Assembly (NCBI RefSeq): GCF_001194135.2
Contig: NC_068998.1
Coordinates: 17,018,314 to 17,082,313 of the forward strand
Direction of reading: 5' to 3'
DNA: 64,000 bases
DNA from: Octopus bimaculoides
Lineage: Eukaryota
Below are positions 1-12,475 of this stretch, one piece after another (position 1 is the first letter of the stretch; the number at the start of each line of letters is the position of its first letter). A program made the position numbers and the translations under genes. A model generated the notes under the pieces. That model saw only the letters and a program-made list of their open reading frames with translations. It did no database searches and was not told the DNA's origin.

Positions 1-904
1 CAGTTCTGTGTTCCTATGTCAACCAGTGTACTCTGATTCTCTCGTTTCTATTTCAGCCAGTAGAATGAAGGCTACACTTCACTGATAAAGAAAGGCATAA
101 GCTTTAAATCCGTTTAGAGTTGTCTCCCATATATTTGTGAAAATGAAAATTTTAGCAATTGACTAATATTGTTATTCTTCCCCCTTCCCATTGAATAATT
201 ATTCCTAGTTACCCTATTTAGCCCTCCTCATATTAGCACATTGCTTCTTGAGCCTCATTTCTCATTTTGTTTCAGAATCCTAATATGGTATCTTAATTTT
301 GATATGAGAGCCATATTTTTTTCACTCTATCATATGTGAGGCAAGGATCACTGATGCTGTTTATTAACCACGATCCACCAGTAGATTGTGTGGGTCTTGC
401 AGACGTACCACCACAACCCTCTGGTAGGTTGTGTTGGAGCAAGCATGTTAAATATCTAAACACTAATTGAACTATTTCGTACAAAACCTGGGTTCAACAG
501 TTCGTCATGGTATTCAGGAGCTTAATTGTTAGGTCACTGTCGGTGATTTATGACACCTGTATCTATTGCAATATAAACATGTGTATTTTGGAGACAAATT
601 GATATTGTTGTGGTCATCTACAGGCCAATCCTGATAGAAAGGACCAATGATACAGGATACTCTTGACATGGCCAGCCTGCTTTATTTCTTTAAACACTGT
701 AAAATTACATACAATATCCAACGTAATCTTTTGTTTTTGAAGACAGTGGTTAGAAATCGATTTGACTGTTATTTCTGGCATATATGACAACCATTAAAGG
801 TTCCTTCATAAGTATCAGTAGATGATTATGATGGCTATGTTGAATGTCAAATGTGTGTGTTTTATGATTTTGTTACATCTTAAGAGGATCAATATGCCAA
901 TAAA

Positions 905-933
905 CTCTCTCTCTCTCTATCTTTCTCTATCTT

Positions 934-964
<31 letters not shown>

Positions 965-1011
965 GTCTCTCTCTGTCTCTCTCTGTCTCTCTCTGTCTCT
1001 CTCTCTGTCTC

Positions 1012-1068
<57 letters not shown>

Positions 1069-1075
1069 TTCTCTT

Positions 1076-1108
<33 letters not shown>
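905..1108. repeat. (CT)n/(CTCTGT)n/(CA)n microsatellite in a QDPR intron
   Basis: Visible directly; source of the SLSL/ERER ORFs. Confidence 0.95.
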
Positions 1109-1519
1109 GGTTCTGTTTCAGTTATAATGTTTGGATTAGTCAATTAGTCAACCTATTTAACTAAGTAACGGTTTGATTAATTGTTCGGTCAAACATTCAA
1201 TCAGTTATGTTTGTCACTTCTTTTATCACCATTTGTGACTTCATCAACGACACACCCTCTCTTCAAGTCTGTTCAGTTAATCAAATAATCAGACATTCAA
1301 TTAGTTAACTAATTTCCTAAATAATAATGATTATAAGTGAAATAGAATCAGTGTATGTGTTTATAATTGGCATAATGACCGTCCCAACATGGATAAAAAT
1401 TCATTTCAACAAATGATCTCATATTAAAAATCTTGCTAACCAAATACAAAAAAAAAAAACAATGTTTTATGACTTTCTATTGTAATGTATTATTTATTTT
1501 GAGTTTTCCCTTATTTCAG

Positions 1520-1628
1520 GTATGATTGGCTATGGAATGGCAAAGGCTGCTGTACATCAATTGACCAAAAGTTTGGCTGGTGACAAAAGTGGACTCCCTT
1601 CTCGTGCTGTAGCTCTGGCCACCTTACC
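1520..1628 (+). CDS. QDPR: Dihydropteridine reductase, internal coding exon (equivalent to human exon 5)
   Basis: ttatttcag|GT...CC|gtaag; translates (G)[36 protein letters not shown], matching the QDPR YxxxK catalytic segment (human [21 protein letters not shown]); 109 bp, phase 1 to phase 2. Confidence 0.97.
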
Positions 1629-2461
1629 GTAAGTTTTGACTGATCACTTCATTGGAACAATTTCTTGCGATATTCTTGTAATAAAGATTACATATTCTAA
1701 AAGGTCTATCCTCTTTACAACATTAATTATCATCATCATTATTGTTGTTGCCGTTTTGTTTTAAATTTACTTTCTCCATAGTGGCCTGGGTTGGATGAAA
1801 CTCTTTGAGACAGTATTCTACAATTGACCCTTGTTTACTTAGAAGTAGCCTTCAGTTGTCAAACCACTGTATATATATATATTTTTGTTTTGCAAGGTCT
1901 GTACATTTCTGCTGAGAATACAAGCACGCGCACACGCACACACACACACACACACGTATATGTGTGTGTGTGTGTGTGTTTGTATATTTTGTTTGTCATT
2001 AGTGGTTGGGACAGGGGCACCACCTTGGAAGAATATTTAGTTGAATGAACTAACCTCAATACTAATTTTTTCAAGACTGATACTTAATCTATTGAGGTCA
2101 TTTGCTGAACCACTAAGCTACAGGGATGTAAACACACCAACACTGGTTGTCAAGTGGTGGTGGGAGACAAAGGGGGGACAACTTTGAAAATGTTTTGTCT
2201 TGCCATTATCATATTAGTATCGCGCTTTGCAGTAAACGTATTGGTCCTTAGGCTCTAACAAAGAATCAATGCTGATGTCACTTAATAGTGAAACAATTCT
2301 GTTGTGATTTGGCTACCCTCGCAGTCACAAGTCACACGTAAATCATACAGATCAACAGTGTATTTGTTGAGTTCCTGCTTTTGTTTTCTTTTTGTATCTC
2401 GTGCTTTGATATCCCCCATGTCTTGGTCCCTTGTAGCCAATAAAAGAAATCATATTCGTTA

Positions 2462-2645
2462 TAAAGGTGGTGAGCTGACAGTCAGCATGCCAAAGAAAAT
2501 GCTTAGGTATCTCTTTTAGCTTTATGTTCTGAGTTCAAATTCCACCGAGTTTGACTTTGTCTTTTATCCTTTCTCTTGAGTACTGGGGATCGATGTAATC
2601 GACTTGTCCCGTTTCAAAATATCAAGCCTTATGCCTAAAGTACAA
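2462..2645 (+). mobile_element. tRNA-derived SINE family B copy
   Basis: aaggtggtgagctg head, B-box-like gagttcaaattcc, then gactttgtcttttatcct...tactggggatcgatgtaatcgac. Confidence 0.8.
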
Positions 2646-3069
2646 AGTGTGTAAGAATAAAAACTCCGTAAACAAGGATTATAAGATATAACAATCCTTC
2701 TTATTTACGGAGTTTTTATTACACCATTAATCATAACTCCAAGTACTAAAGAAGCATTGATTATACAGTGTTATCTCCCTTACATTTTCCCTATAAATAT
2801 TGAACTGCAGACGTTTATTGTGTATATTGATCAATCAAATCGTGAGCACTACTTCTATTCCCCTGAACTAAGTTGATATTTAAAAACAGGAATCTATATC
2901 TGTTGGTGTACAATAATCGAATTGTTTTAAAAATTAAATAATTCTGATCTCAGAATTATTTAATTTCTAAGTAATTATCTTTTTGTTCTACGGCAACAAA
3001 TATACTTTTCTGTTGTATTTTACGGAACGATTTGTTTTGTTACTAGTTCGATGAGTTATGTTGAATTTT

Positions 3070-3230
3070 AAAATAGTCCTTTCCAGTACAGACATGAGAC
3101 CTGAAATTTTGTGGATGGACGCTAGTGAAATATATCGACCGCATTACTCAACTGGTATTTATCGACCCCGAAAGGATGCAAGGAAAAGTCGACATCGGCG
3201 GAATTTGAAATGAGAACATATAGGCGGAAT
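3070..3230 (-). mobile_element. SINE family B copy (antisense, partial)
   Basis: Reverse complement of the B body: tatcgaccccgaaaggatgcaaggaaaagtcgacatcggcggaatttgaa. Confidence 0.8.
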
Positions 3231-3587
3231 AAACGATTCTTCCTGTTTGTCGCTTTTGTTGAAGTTAAAATAAGGACCTCATCCAGAGTTGTCCCCCGTT
3301 GTTACTCGGAAACTTGTAATAAAATATCAGTCGATGACAGAACCTCTAAGTGGTCTCTCCAACAACTAAAAATAGCTAAATTTCCCTCATATCACAACTT
3401 GCTATCTTAAAAAAAAAAAAAAATATACATTAGATAACGTAATTGTAGATATATTATGGCTGAAATGCAGAAAGACAGGGGAGCCAGGATTGAAGCACCT
3501 ATAATCATAATTCTGTTAGCCAGAGCTGTCCAGATGTTAAGCAGCAATAACATCCACCACAGGAATAGGCCTGTATTATATAATATA

Positions 3588-3778
3588 ATAAGGTGGCGAG
3601 TTGGCAGAAACGTTAGCACGCCGGGGGTGAAATGCTTAGCGGTATTTCGTCTGTCTTTATGTTCTGAGTTCAAATTCGGAGTTGATAAATTAAGTACCAG
3701 TTGCGTACTGGGGGTTATCTAATCGACTGGCCCCCTCCCCCAAAATTTCGGGCCTTGTGCCTAGAATAAAAAAGAATA
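3588..3778 (+). mobile_element. SINE family B copy, short-tail form
   Basis: aaggtggcgagttggcagaaacgttagc...ttctgagttcaaattc...cccccaaaatttcgggccttgtgcctag. Confidence 0.85.
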
Positions 3779-3783
3779 GACCT

Positions 3784-3990
3784 CATGGCAGGCCCTGTAC
3801 CAGATGACTGGATGTGGTTAAGGAATACCTCCAGAGGCTCAATGTCACCTTGGAGGATGCGAAGAGGCTGGCATGGGACTTCCAGCAATGTGGGGCACTG
3901 GTGGATCTGGTCAGCTCTAAGCATGATGTCCCTGGGACCACTAACCTGGGATGACCTTAGCCCCATCAAGCAAGAGCATGAAGTAAGCAA
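3784..3990 (+). mobile_element. RTE-clade LINE ORF2 C-terminal remnant
   Basis: Frame reads GRPCTR*LDVVKEYLQRLNVTLEDAKRLAWD, matching the RTE GRPRTRW.D motif with W replaced by a stop. Confidence 0.65.
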
Positions 3991-4153
3991 GTTAGATCTC
4001 AGCTAACCATTCATCATCATCATCATCGTTTAACGTCCGCTTTCCATGCTAGCATGGGTTGGACGATTTGACTGAGGACTGGTGAAACCAGATGGCTACA
4101 CCAGGCTCCATTCTAAAAATTTAGTCACATCATCAAAATCTCAGTTATGAGAT

Positions 4154-4543
4154 ATTCTTTTACTTGTTTCAGTCATTTAACTGTGGCTATGCTGGAGCAC
4201 CACCTTATAGGGTTTGTTAGTTGAAGAAATCAACCGCAGGACTTATTCTTTGTAAGCCTAGTACTTATTCTATCAGTCTCTTTTGTCGAACCCTAAGTTA
4301 CGGGGACATAAACATACCAACATTGGTTGTCAAGCGATGGTGGGGTGGTACAAACAAAGACATAAATATATGCATACACATACATGCGCGGCAGGCTTCT
4401 TTCAGTTTCCATCTACCAAATCCACTCACAAAGCTTTCGTTGGCCTGAGGCTATAGTAGAAGACACTTGCCTAAAGTGTAGTGGGACTGAACCTGGAACC
4501 ATGTGGTTGGGAAGCAAGCTTCTTATCAAGTGGCCACACCTAT
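4154..4543 (-). mobile_element. Composite tRNA-derived SINE family C copy
   Basis: Reverse complement of the C consensus (head ...ggttcagtcccac...gggcaagtgtcttc; tail ...ccagcatggccgcagtcaaatgactgaaacaagtaaaaga). Confidence 0.85.
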
Positions 4544-4801
4544 GATAAATTCAAAACAATGTGAATAAAAAAGCATTACATTTGACAATTATTTGAATGC
4601 TTCATACATCAGATATTGTAACCCTCATCTCTTCTTAGTATTTATTTAAGCTAAACCACTTTAAGATTAAATATCATTACACAAAGAAAAAAAAAACATT
4701 TTAAAGTTATATTTTCAAATAGTTCCCAATTTGATGTTGGTTTGTATTTTTTAAAATGAATTTAATTTTTATTCCTTCAATGTTTCATATTCATTTTTCA
4801 G

Positions 4802-4885
4802 TGTAGTCCTAGATACTCCAAATAACAGGAAATGGATGGCCAAAGCTGACCAAACGACTTGGACATCATTGGACTTTGTGTCTGA
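4802..4885 (+). CDS. QDPR: Dihydropteridine reductase, internal coding exon (equivalent to human exon 6)
   Basis: tttttcag|T...GA|gtaag; VVLDTPNNRKWMAKADQTTWTSLDFVSE versus human [28 protein letters not shown]; 84 bp, phase fits the preceding exon. Confidence 0.97.
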
Positions 4886-5062
4886 GTAAGTAGAGCCATT
4901 AACATTTTCACCACCATCATTCATTGGTTCATTAGCCCGTTTGTCACCTGCTAAATGTGGGGTCATGTCAGGGGTTTGTGGGTGAAATTAGGGTTTCATT
5001 CTCTATCATGGCCTGTTTATCAAAACTATATCTGCAACAACATATGAATTGAAGTCTTCTGT

Positions 5063-5265
5063 TTCATAACAACCATCTTTTTCACTGGTTTCAGTCATTG
5101 AACTATAGCCATGCTTGGGTACCATCAAGAAAGATTTTTGTTGAACAAATTGACCCATGTACTCATTATTGTAAGTGTGATACTTATTCTGTTGGTCTCT
5201 TCTGTTGAACTGTGAGTTATAAGGATATAAACAAACCAACACCTGTTTAGCAGTGTGTGGATACA

Positions 5266-5303
<38 letters not shown>

Positions 5304-5455
5304 AGGCTTCCACTCAGTTTACATCTATCAAATTCACTCAAGGCATTGGTTGGCCCAGGCTATGGTAAAAGATGCTTACTGAAGGTGATACACAATGGAA
5401 TTGAAACTGAAGCCATGTGGTTGCAAAGCAAGTTTCTTAACCACACAGCCATGCC
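5063..5455 (-). mobile_element. SINE family C copy with internal (CA)n
   Basis: Same modules as 4154-4543, more diverged. Confidence 0.75.
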
Positions 5456-6150
5456 TGGTTATCTTTGGATTTGATTTTTGTAGTAAAACAGATAATTCGG
5501 GGATGACAGTTGAAGAACTGTAGTATACTTTATAATTGTCTGTGAAACATTTGTAATAAGATAATTTTTCAGACTGTCTAACTTCACCATTTAAAGAAAA
5601 AAATTTACATTTTGGGTCCTAATTCAGTCAGTTTCAGCTCTAAACATCATCTTGTCCCATTTCTGGATGTGTACATTGTACCAGACTAGATTTGAACTAG
5701 GAACTTTTTTGTTTACTAAGAACAATGTTCGTATCCACGAGGCTACTGATGCATGTAAATCACACAGATCATGCCAGTGGAAGCATTTTAACCTCAATCA
5801 TGAGGATAACAGTTTGAAAAATTTGTTATAATTTGCAAGTTAACTTTGTATATTACCTGTGATGTATGAGTTATTATTTCAATTGTAAATGACCCTGTTA
5901 CCTAAAAATTGTCACCAAAGGAGCCTCTATCTAATCACTCTACCTGCTAGAAATGGTAACTGGATTTACATCAAATAACACCCTTCCTACCATGCTGATG
6001 GTGACACTTTGTATAGCATTGGTTTAGATATGTAATACTTGAGGGCCAGTCATGGCTGAAGCACCTTTCGTCATTGGTCTACTCAGTCAGCTGACCTGAG
6101 GTTAAAACAACAACAACAACAATTTTAGATTTTGTATCTTTTTGTTTCAG

Positions 6151-6250
6151 GCTCTTCTATAAATGGTGCATGGACAAAGAACGCCCTGCCAATGGAAGCT
6201 TGGTGAAAATGGTCACCAAAGACGGGAAAACAGACTTGGTCCTTTGCTAA
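6151..6250 (+). CDS. QDPR: Dihydropteridine reductase, last coding exon to stop codon
   Basis: ttttgtttcag|G CTC TTC...TGC TAA; LFYKWCMDKERPANGSLVKMVTKDGKTDLVLC* resembles the QDPR C-terminus (RPSSGSLIQVVTTEGRTELTP); TAA at 6248-6250. Confidence 0.95.
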
Positions 6251-8260
6251 ATACTACTACAGGAAAACAGGCTTGGTTCTTTGCTAAGTACTGTGATGGG
6301 TTTGCTCTCAAATGGTTCACGATATAATGGAATAACCAACATACCAGTAGCTTTACAATTATTTTCTGACAATGGAGTCTGAAAATTCTTTTCAATGATT
6401 GTGCAATGTTTGTAATTGTATGCTAGAGGAAGTCTGTTGATGTCACCTGAGTGCCTAGTTCTCATTCCCTTCATCTCCATCATACTGTTAAATGATTTTG
6501 TAAGGGATTGCATGTTAAAAATTTGCTCCTAGTCTTATCTATTTTAGTCCTATTTTACCCCTATCTAAGCAAGAGGTATCTTATATGAATTTGCCTGTAA
6601 GCTGTGAAGTGAATAGCACTGCTTCATTAGTAGAGAATCAAATGGAATATAAGGATAGAGGCATATAAGGTTGTGACTTCATATTGCTCCATGTAACTGA
6701 TAGAATTCTGTATTCGTTAATGCATAACTTTATGGCAAGAATTTACAAGCTAAAGGTTCTGTTTGCCTTATAGATGATCGTATATAACAAAAGAAATTTA
6801 ACCTTTTCTGTTACTATATTCCTAACTAAAATACATCCTCATGTGTTTCATTTCAATTCTAAAATATATTATGTAGCTTACTAAAAGACCCTAATTATAT
6901 TAATGTCTTAATTTCATTCAGTTTGTTCTCCTTTTCCCTCTGTTAACAGTTTTTCATATGGACTAAGCTCTGCCATTATCATCTAAAATCACTAATTAGA
7001 ATAAGCAAAAGTAAATAACCATTGAGTTTTGTGTCATGAAGATGAACGATTGAGTCTGCTTGCTTTCTTCTGAAGATTTTGGGAAAGAGATACATTTGAA
7101 AGCTTTCTTTCCCTTTCAGTCTCATTCTAGAAACCATTACTTTTAACACTGCTGTCCAACAATGTTCGCATCGTTGGAAATTAAACTGTCTACTTCAAAG
7201 TCTACCATTTTATTCACTGCAGAGTTGCTATTACTAAATATGAGGCTTATATAATTTTACAAAAATGGACAAATTGTTATTGAAATATGGGAAAATGATA
7301 AAAGTATCTCCAACATTTGGAAGAATTGAAATTCTTGTCCAAAAATGTTGGGCAGTGTACAGCAAGTGTTTATCTAGTGAAATCATGCCATCCATCACTT
7401 ACGCAGTTAAAATATTTACATCAGAATTTTGATGTAAATTTGAGTAGGTAAATTTGGGCAATCTCAGGTACTTTGGTCTTTTATGATAATGGGTTAAGAA
7501 AAGGATTTCACTGTTGAAATATAAATTCTTCAAAGGCAACTATTTTATCTTTCCTGCTGCTAATTATTAATTCTTGTTAATTATTGGAGCTGACATTTTC
7601 AGAAACACCCCAGTAACTATATTTTCATGCTATTGTAGTTTAGTTGATCTGTTACATATTTTCTCTCACTACTTTTTTTCATACATATATGACAAAACTA
7701 CTGAAAAAAAACAATTAGTGAAAATCCATGGTGGTTCACATCTAAGATTATTTCATTAAAAACAAGCTGAAAAAAGAAGAGAAAATTTTAGATTTAGAAA
7801 CTTGACAGAAACAATATCTTTTAGGGGTTTGATACAGAGATGCAATTTTGGTTTGGTTCATTAGGTCTCAAACCTTCATTAGCTATAGAACTTTATTTCT
7901 TGTTAATGAAAGTAAAGAGCTTTTCTTTTCAAATTGGGATAAATTTTGATTTCATAAATGTTGAAGTATTTAGGTTGTCACAGTGTTACATATTTTTCAA
8001 TGGTTAGTATAATCACTTGCTTTGTTTCAATTCTTGTATGTGTGTATCTATCTAAGAATGTTTGTGTACATACTACATACATAAACAATTTCTGTTCCAA
8101 TTTGTCAAGAATAATTATGTGTTACATATACTTGATAATTAATGTGCCAAAAGTGTGTTTGCAGGCATTTCTTCTTTGTGCTTCTTCAGCATATTATTAT
8201 TATTAGTTGATAAATAGTTTACTGTGGAGTAATAAAACATTGTTGCTTTGTGTAATTAGT
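6251..8260 (+). other. QDPR: Probable QDPR 3' UTR ending near AATAAA at 8231
   Basis: Unique AT-rich sequence with no SINE copies; AATAAA at 8231-8236 followed by GT-rich tgttgctttgtgt. The end point is inferred. Confidence 0.5.
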
Positions 8261-8838
8261 AATTTAGTTCTTGCAATTCTGGGCATTAAAAAGAAAATGT
8301 CCTATATTTGAAATACAAAGCTGGAATACTGATGTTTGAATTAACTCCACTGTCCCAACAAACAATAATTTGAAAGATCATAAAAAAAATTCTCACACTA
8401 TTGAAGAGACATGATCATTTGCAAGAGAAACATTTATGTTATTCTTTCAGAATTATTTTTATGAGCTCTGGTGTTATATATAAAAATAACATCAAAAATA
8501 TTATAGACTTCACATTCTATTTTTTTTTTATTTTTTTCATGTAATAAGTTTTTAAAGACAAAATTGAATATATTGTCTTCGAACCTTAATTCCGTGGAAA
8601 TTCTTTTATATAATAATAATAATAATTTTTAAAAAAATGATAATTACAATTTATAAACTGTATTTCTTTTTATTGTGTACATAGTCAGTTATGTAAATGA
8701 TTATGAAATTCACTTTGAGCTAGCAGTTTAGGAAAAATAATTCAAATCTTTTTTCAGTTTTTAATCATGAAAAAAAACATTGCATATCTGGCACATACAT
8801 AAAGTTATTAAATATGCTAGCCATTATCATTATTATTG

Positions 8839-9272
8839 CTAAGGTGGTGAGCTGGCACAACCGTTAGCATGCTGGGCAAAATACTTAGCATTTCATTCAT
8901 CTTTATGTTCTGTGTTCAAATTCTGCCTAGGTTGACTTTACCTTTCATCATTTTGAGGTCGATAAAATAAGTACTGGTTGAAATCCGGGGTCTATGTGAT
9001 CGACTTACCCCATTCCCCAAAATTGCTGGCCTTGTGCCAAAATTTGAAACTGTTATAAGGCAGCGAGCTGGTAGAATTGTTAGCACACCAGAACAAAATG
9101 CTTGGCAGTGTTTTGTCTCTCTACATTCTGAGCTCGAATTCTGCTGGGGTCAACTTTGCCTTTTTGTCCTTTCTGGGACCGATAAAATAAGTACCAGTTG
9201 AACACTGGGGTTGATGTAATTAACTCCCAATCCCCAAATTTCAGGCCTTGTGCTTATAGTAGAAAGGGTTAT
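8839..9272 (+). mobile_element. Two head-to-tail SINE family B copies
   Basis: Heads at ~8839 (taaggtggtgagctggc) and ~9055 (taaggcagcgagctgg), each with B-box and body. Confidence 0.85.
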
Positions 9273-9638
9273 TAATTTTTAAAACTCTTTGTAATAAATT
9301 TATTTTAAAGAATGGTCTTTCATTTTTCTTTGAGGGCATATCCAAACCACTAACATGTTTTATTGCCCCTCTATTTTCAATATAAATTACCCTCCTAAAC
9401 AATATTATACATTCCGGATTTTATATTAAATCAAGTAATTTATATTTTACATTGACTTTCAAGAAATCATTTTCTCTAACTGAAATAAAAGTCTCTTATT
9501 TATATAAAAACTCTTCATATCTTGGAAATAAATACATATTTTTAAGAAATTGTTAATCCTTCAATGTTGAATTAATTCAAATATTTCCTCTATTTTCATT
9601 GTATGAATCCTAAATACTACTTGAAAAGAAATAGACTG

Positions 9639-9689
<51 letters not shown>

Positions 9690-11013
9690 TATAAGTAAAA
9701 CCTCTAGTTATGTTGAAAAGGGTTTTCCCTATTCTACTGTCTGTGAAGAGTTATAGATTATGCAAAATAAAAATATATAAATTGTTCTAAATTTGAAAGT
9801 TCATCACAGTCATTACTTGTATTTTTCATATAGTTGTTATTGAAAGTGTCATGATTACTGTTAACTGTGCAGTGATGTGGAGTTAGCTGTTGCAGTGAAA
9901 CTGTGTAGCTTCAAAATTTGCTGTGAAAAAACGAGTGTTATTTTTATAGTTATCAAGCAAAATAATGCCTTTAAATATTGCTGTCAGTGAAAAATTTCCT
10001 GATTTATTGATATTTAGAAAAATTTTTATTATTATGGACAAAATAAGTTTATAATATTTAATAAGGTAACACTGTAAATCCACATAACCCTGCTAAATTT
10101 GGGCATTAATTAAGTTCAATTAACTTAATATAAATGATTTATCATTATCTAAAATAAATTTTTTTTTTTCTTTTTTTTTTTTACCTTCAAATAATTTGGC
10201 AGCTGAATTCTTAAATATTGAATATAATTTTCTTTTTCTTCAATATAACTTTATTTTTACTTGTTTCTAATTTCTGAAAATGTATAAGGTTGTTTTCAAA
10301 TATTTTTAATACAATCCTTAATTTTACAATCTAAATTACTGACAGTTGATATTTAATTTTTCACTCAATATTTTTTGTTTTACTTAATTTTTATTATTTT
10401 TCCGGAGGGACGACCATTCTTCATTATTTTGTTCAATCTGCCACTAAGATTTTATTCAAACTGATATTAAATCATGTTTTTCAAACTGCTGTTGTCTTTT
10501 TTTTTTTTAAGCATTTTTAAAATTGAAATTACAATTATATCAAATCATAAAATCGATCAATTCACTCAGCTGTTGTTTTGTTGCTAAATGTAATTGTTCA
10601 CCAATTTGATAAAATTGAAATAAGTGTGATGGTGACTGACTTCTATAGCAAATCTTTGTCAATAAACAGTGCAGCATTGTTTCATCAAAATTAGTGTTTT
10701 TCATGTGTTCTTTCTTTCCTCATTATTTTCCTTTTTTTCCTTTTAATGACCTGTGTCAGAAACGGGTAAAAGGTACCCACTACAATACCCTTTGGAATGG
10801 TTGGCGTTAGGAAGGGCATCCAGCCATAGAAACCAAGCCAAACAAACTGGAGCCTGTACTGGCTCTCTAGTTTACTAAGTTCCAGTCAAACCATCCAACC
10901 CATGGAAAAATGGATGCTAAAAGATGATGATGGATAAGCTTGAATGAGTGCGGAGCACATGGTCTTGGGTTCAATCTCAATGTGTAGACTTTTGGGGAAA
11001 TGTCTCCCATCAC

Positions 11014-12104
11014 ATGAAGGTGGGCTGAAAAGTTCATATGAAGGAGTGATGCTAGAGATCTGAAATCTTACATGCATCAATTTCAACTCTACTTTTATTC
11101 ATTAAATTTGCCACAAGGGCAGTACATAGAGTAGCTGCGGGCTGGACGAAGACATTAATGAGATGAGATGAATGATGAACACGATGATATTAATGGGAGA
11201 AGACAGAAGCCGCCCGCTGAACTCTGCTTCTCTAAAACATTGTTCTTTTATAAATTAAACAAATTTACCAATTGAGGCTATAAACCTCTTACTTCACAAT
11301 ATCATTCCATATTAAGTCCTTGAACTGAGGCACTTGCCTCCTACACTTTTCTTTTTATGGGCCTCATGCCCCTTCGATATGAGGCACTCGTCCTCTTACA
11401 CTTTACTGCCTGACCAGACTCAGTGCTTCACTCAAGCACCTCGATGGTTCTAGATCGGGTCACTTCAGCATGAAGTGGAATGCATCCTTGGGGTAGAAAT
11501 CCATCACCCTGTACAAATACTTTTCCCACACAACATCTGCAGCCACCTGCGAAGGCCAGTCAGGGTCCTTGGTACAGGTGAGGATCCCTCCCCTCTGACC
11601 TTTCCAAGTAAACGTCTTCACAAATTCTTGGACGGCCCCTCCCTTCTGGAATAGGATTACAAATTCCTCCTCCTTACAGGGCAAGACCACAGTTTCTACT
11701 GTTGGCGGCACAATTCCCACTCTATTTCAACTCTATTTAATAACTACATTATTCCTTTCCAAGTAAACTAACATCTGACTGTTCAAAGGAGACTTCAAAA
11801 GTAACTAGTAGTGACTTCTCTTGAAAATGGACAAAATTTGGCATTGTGGTGTTATCAAATACCTGCAGAAAAAGGGTTTAACTGGACATTCATGGTTGAT
11901 ACATTAGGAGATGGTGCTGCAGCTTTATCAACAATGCAAATGTAGGCAGCTGAATTTAGGAAGGGAACAGAAAATCTTGAAGATGACCCAATGTCTGGAC
12001 ATATTGCAACTTCTACCACCAAGGAAAACATTGATCATGTTCACATGGTGTAGCATGACAGGCAATTGACTATAAATCAAATAGCTAAAGCTATTAGCAA
12101 TATC
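11014..12104 (+). mobile_element. Tc1/mariner transposon remnant (left end plus transposase N-terminus), interrupted by an insertion
   Basis: Terminus-like tgaaggtgggctgaaaagttc; from 11827 decayed MDKIWHCGVIKYLQKKGL...AAEFRKG.ENLEDDP.SG...TTKENIDHVH...DRQLTINQIA, typical of the mariner HTH region. Confidence 0.8.
11092..11723 (-). mobile_element. Retroposed insertion (probable 5'-truncated LINE or retrocopy) with 12-bp TSD
   Basis: atttcaactcta at 11080-11091 and 11724-11735; 86-codon open frame on - (11460-11720); ends ...ttgtggcaaatttaatgaataaaag. Confidence 0.7.
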
Positions 12105-12419
12105 TTTTGATAGTTGATTGAGAAGGTGTAGTTGTATGATTTACTGAGTTTGGACAGTGAAATATAATGAAAGCATGTAGTTAAGTATGCAATAATTTGA
12201 GAAAAGAGGAACCCCACCCAGAGATATAGTCATATAGGTGCTGAACTGTATCTTGAGTGTGATGTGCTGGTAGATGGCTGTTAATCTTGAAGTGTAATGA
12301 AATTCAAGTCATTGTATTGATACTGTTTTGTGTATGGTGTGGTAGTGATGATAGTTTGCCCATTTCAAGAGAAACTGTGCACAAGTACTGATTTGATTCA
12401 GTCCTTACCCCTCCCCCCC

Positions 12420-12475
<56 letters not shown>

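Noticed and set aside
1-1519. Search for the preceding QDPR exon
   Set aside because: No segment resembling the expected LMWKQS...GGLLTL region found; it presumably lies upstream of the window
6251-6382. 43 open codons after the QDPR TAA (possible read-through or edited stop)
   Set aside because: TAA-A is a poor read-through context, both adenosines would need editing, and this length can occur by chance
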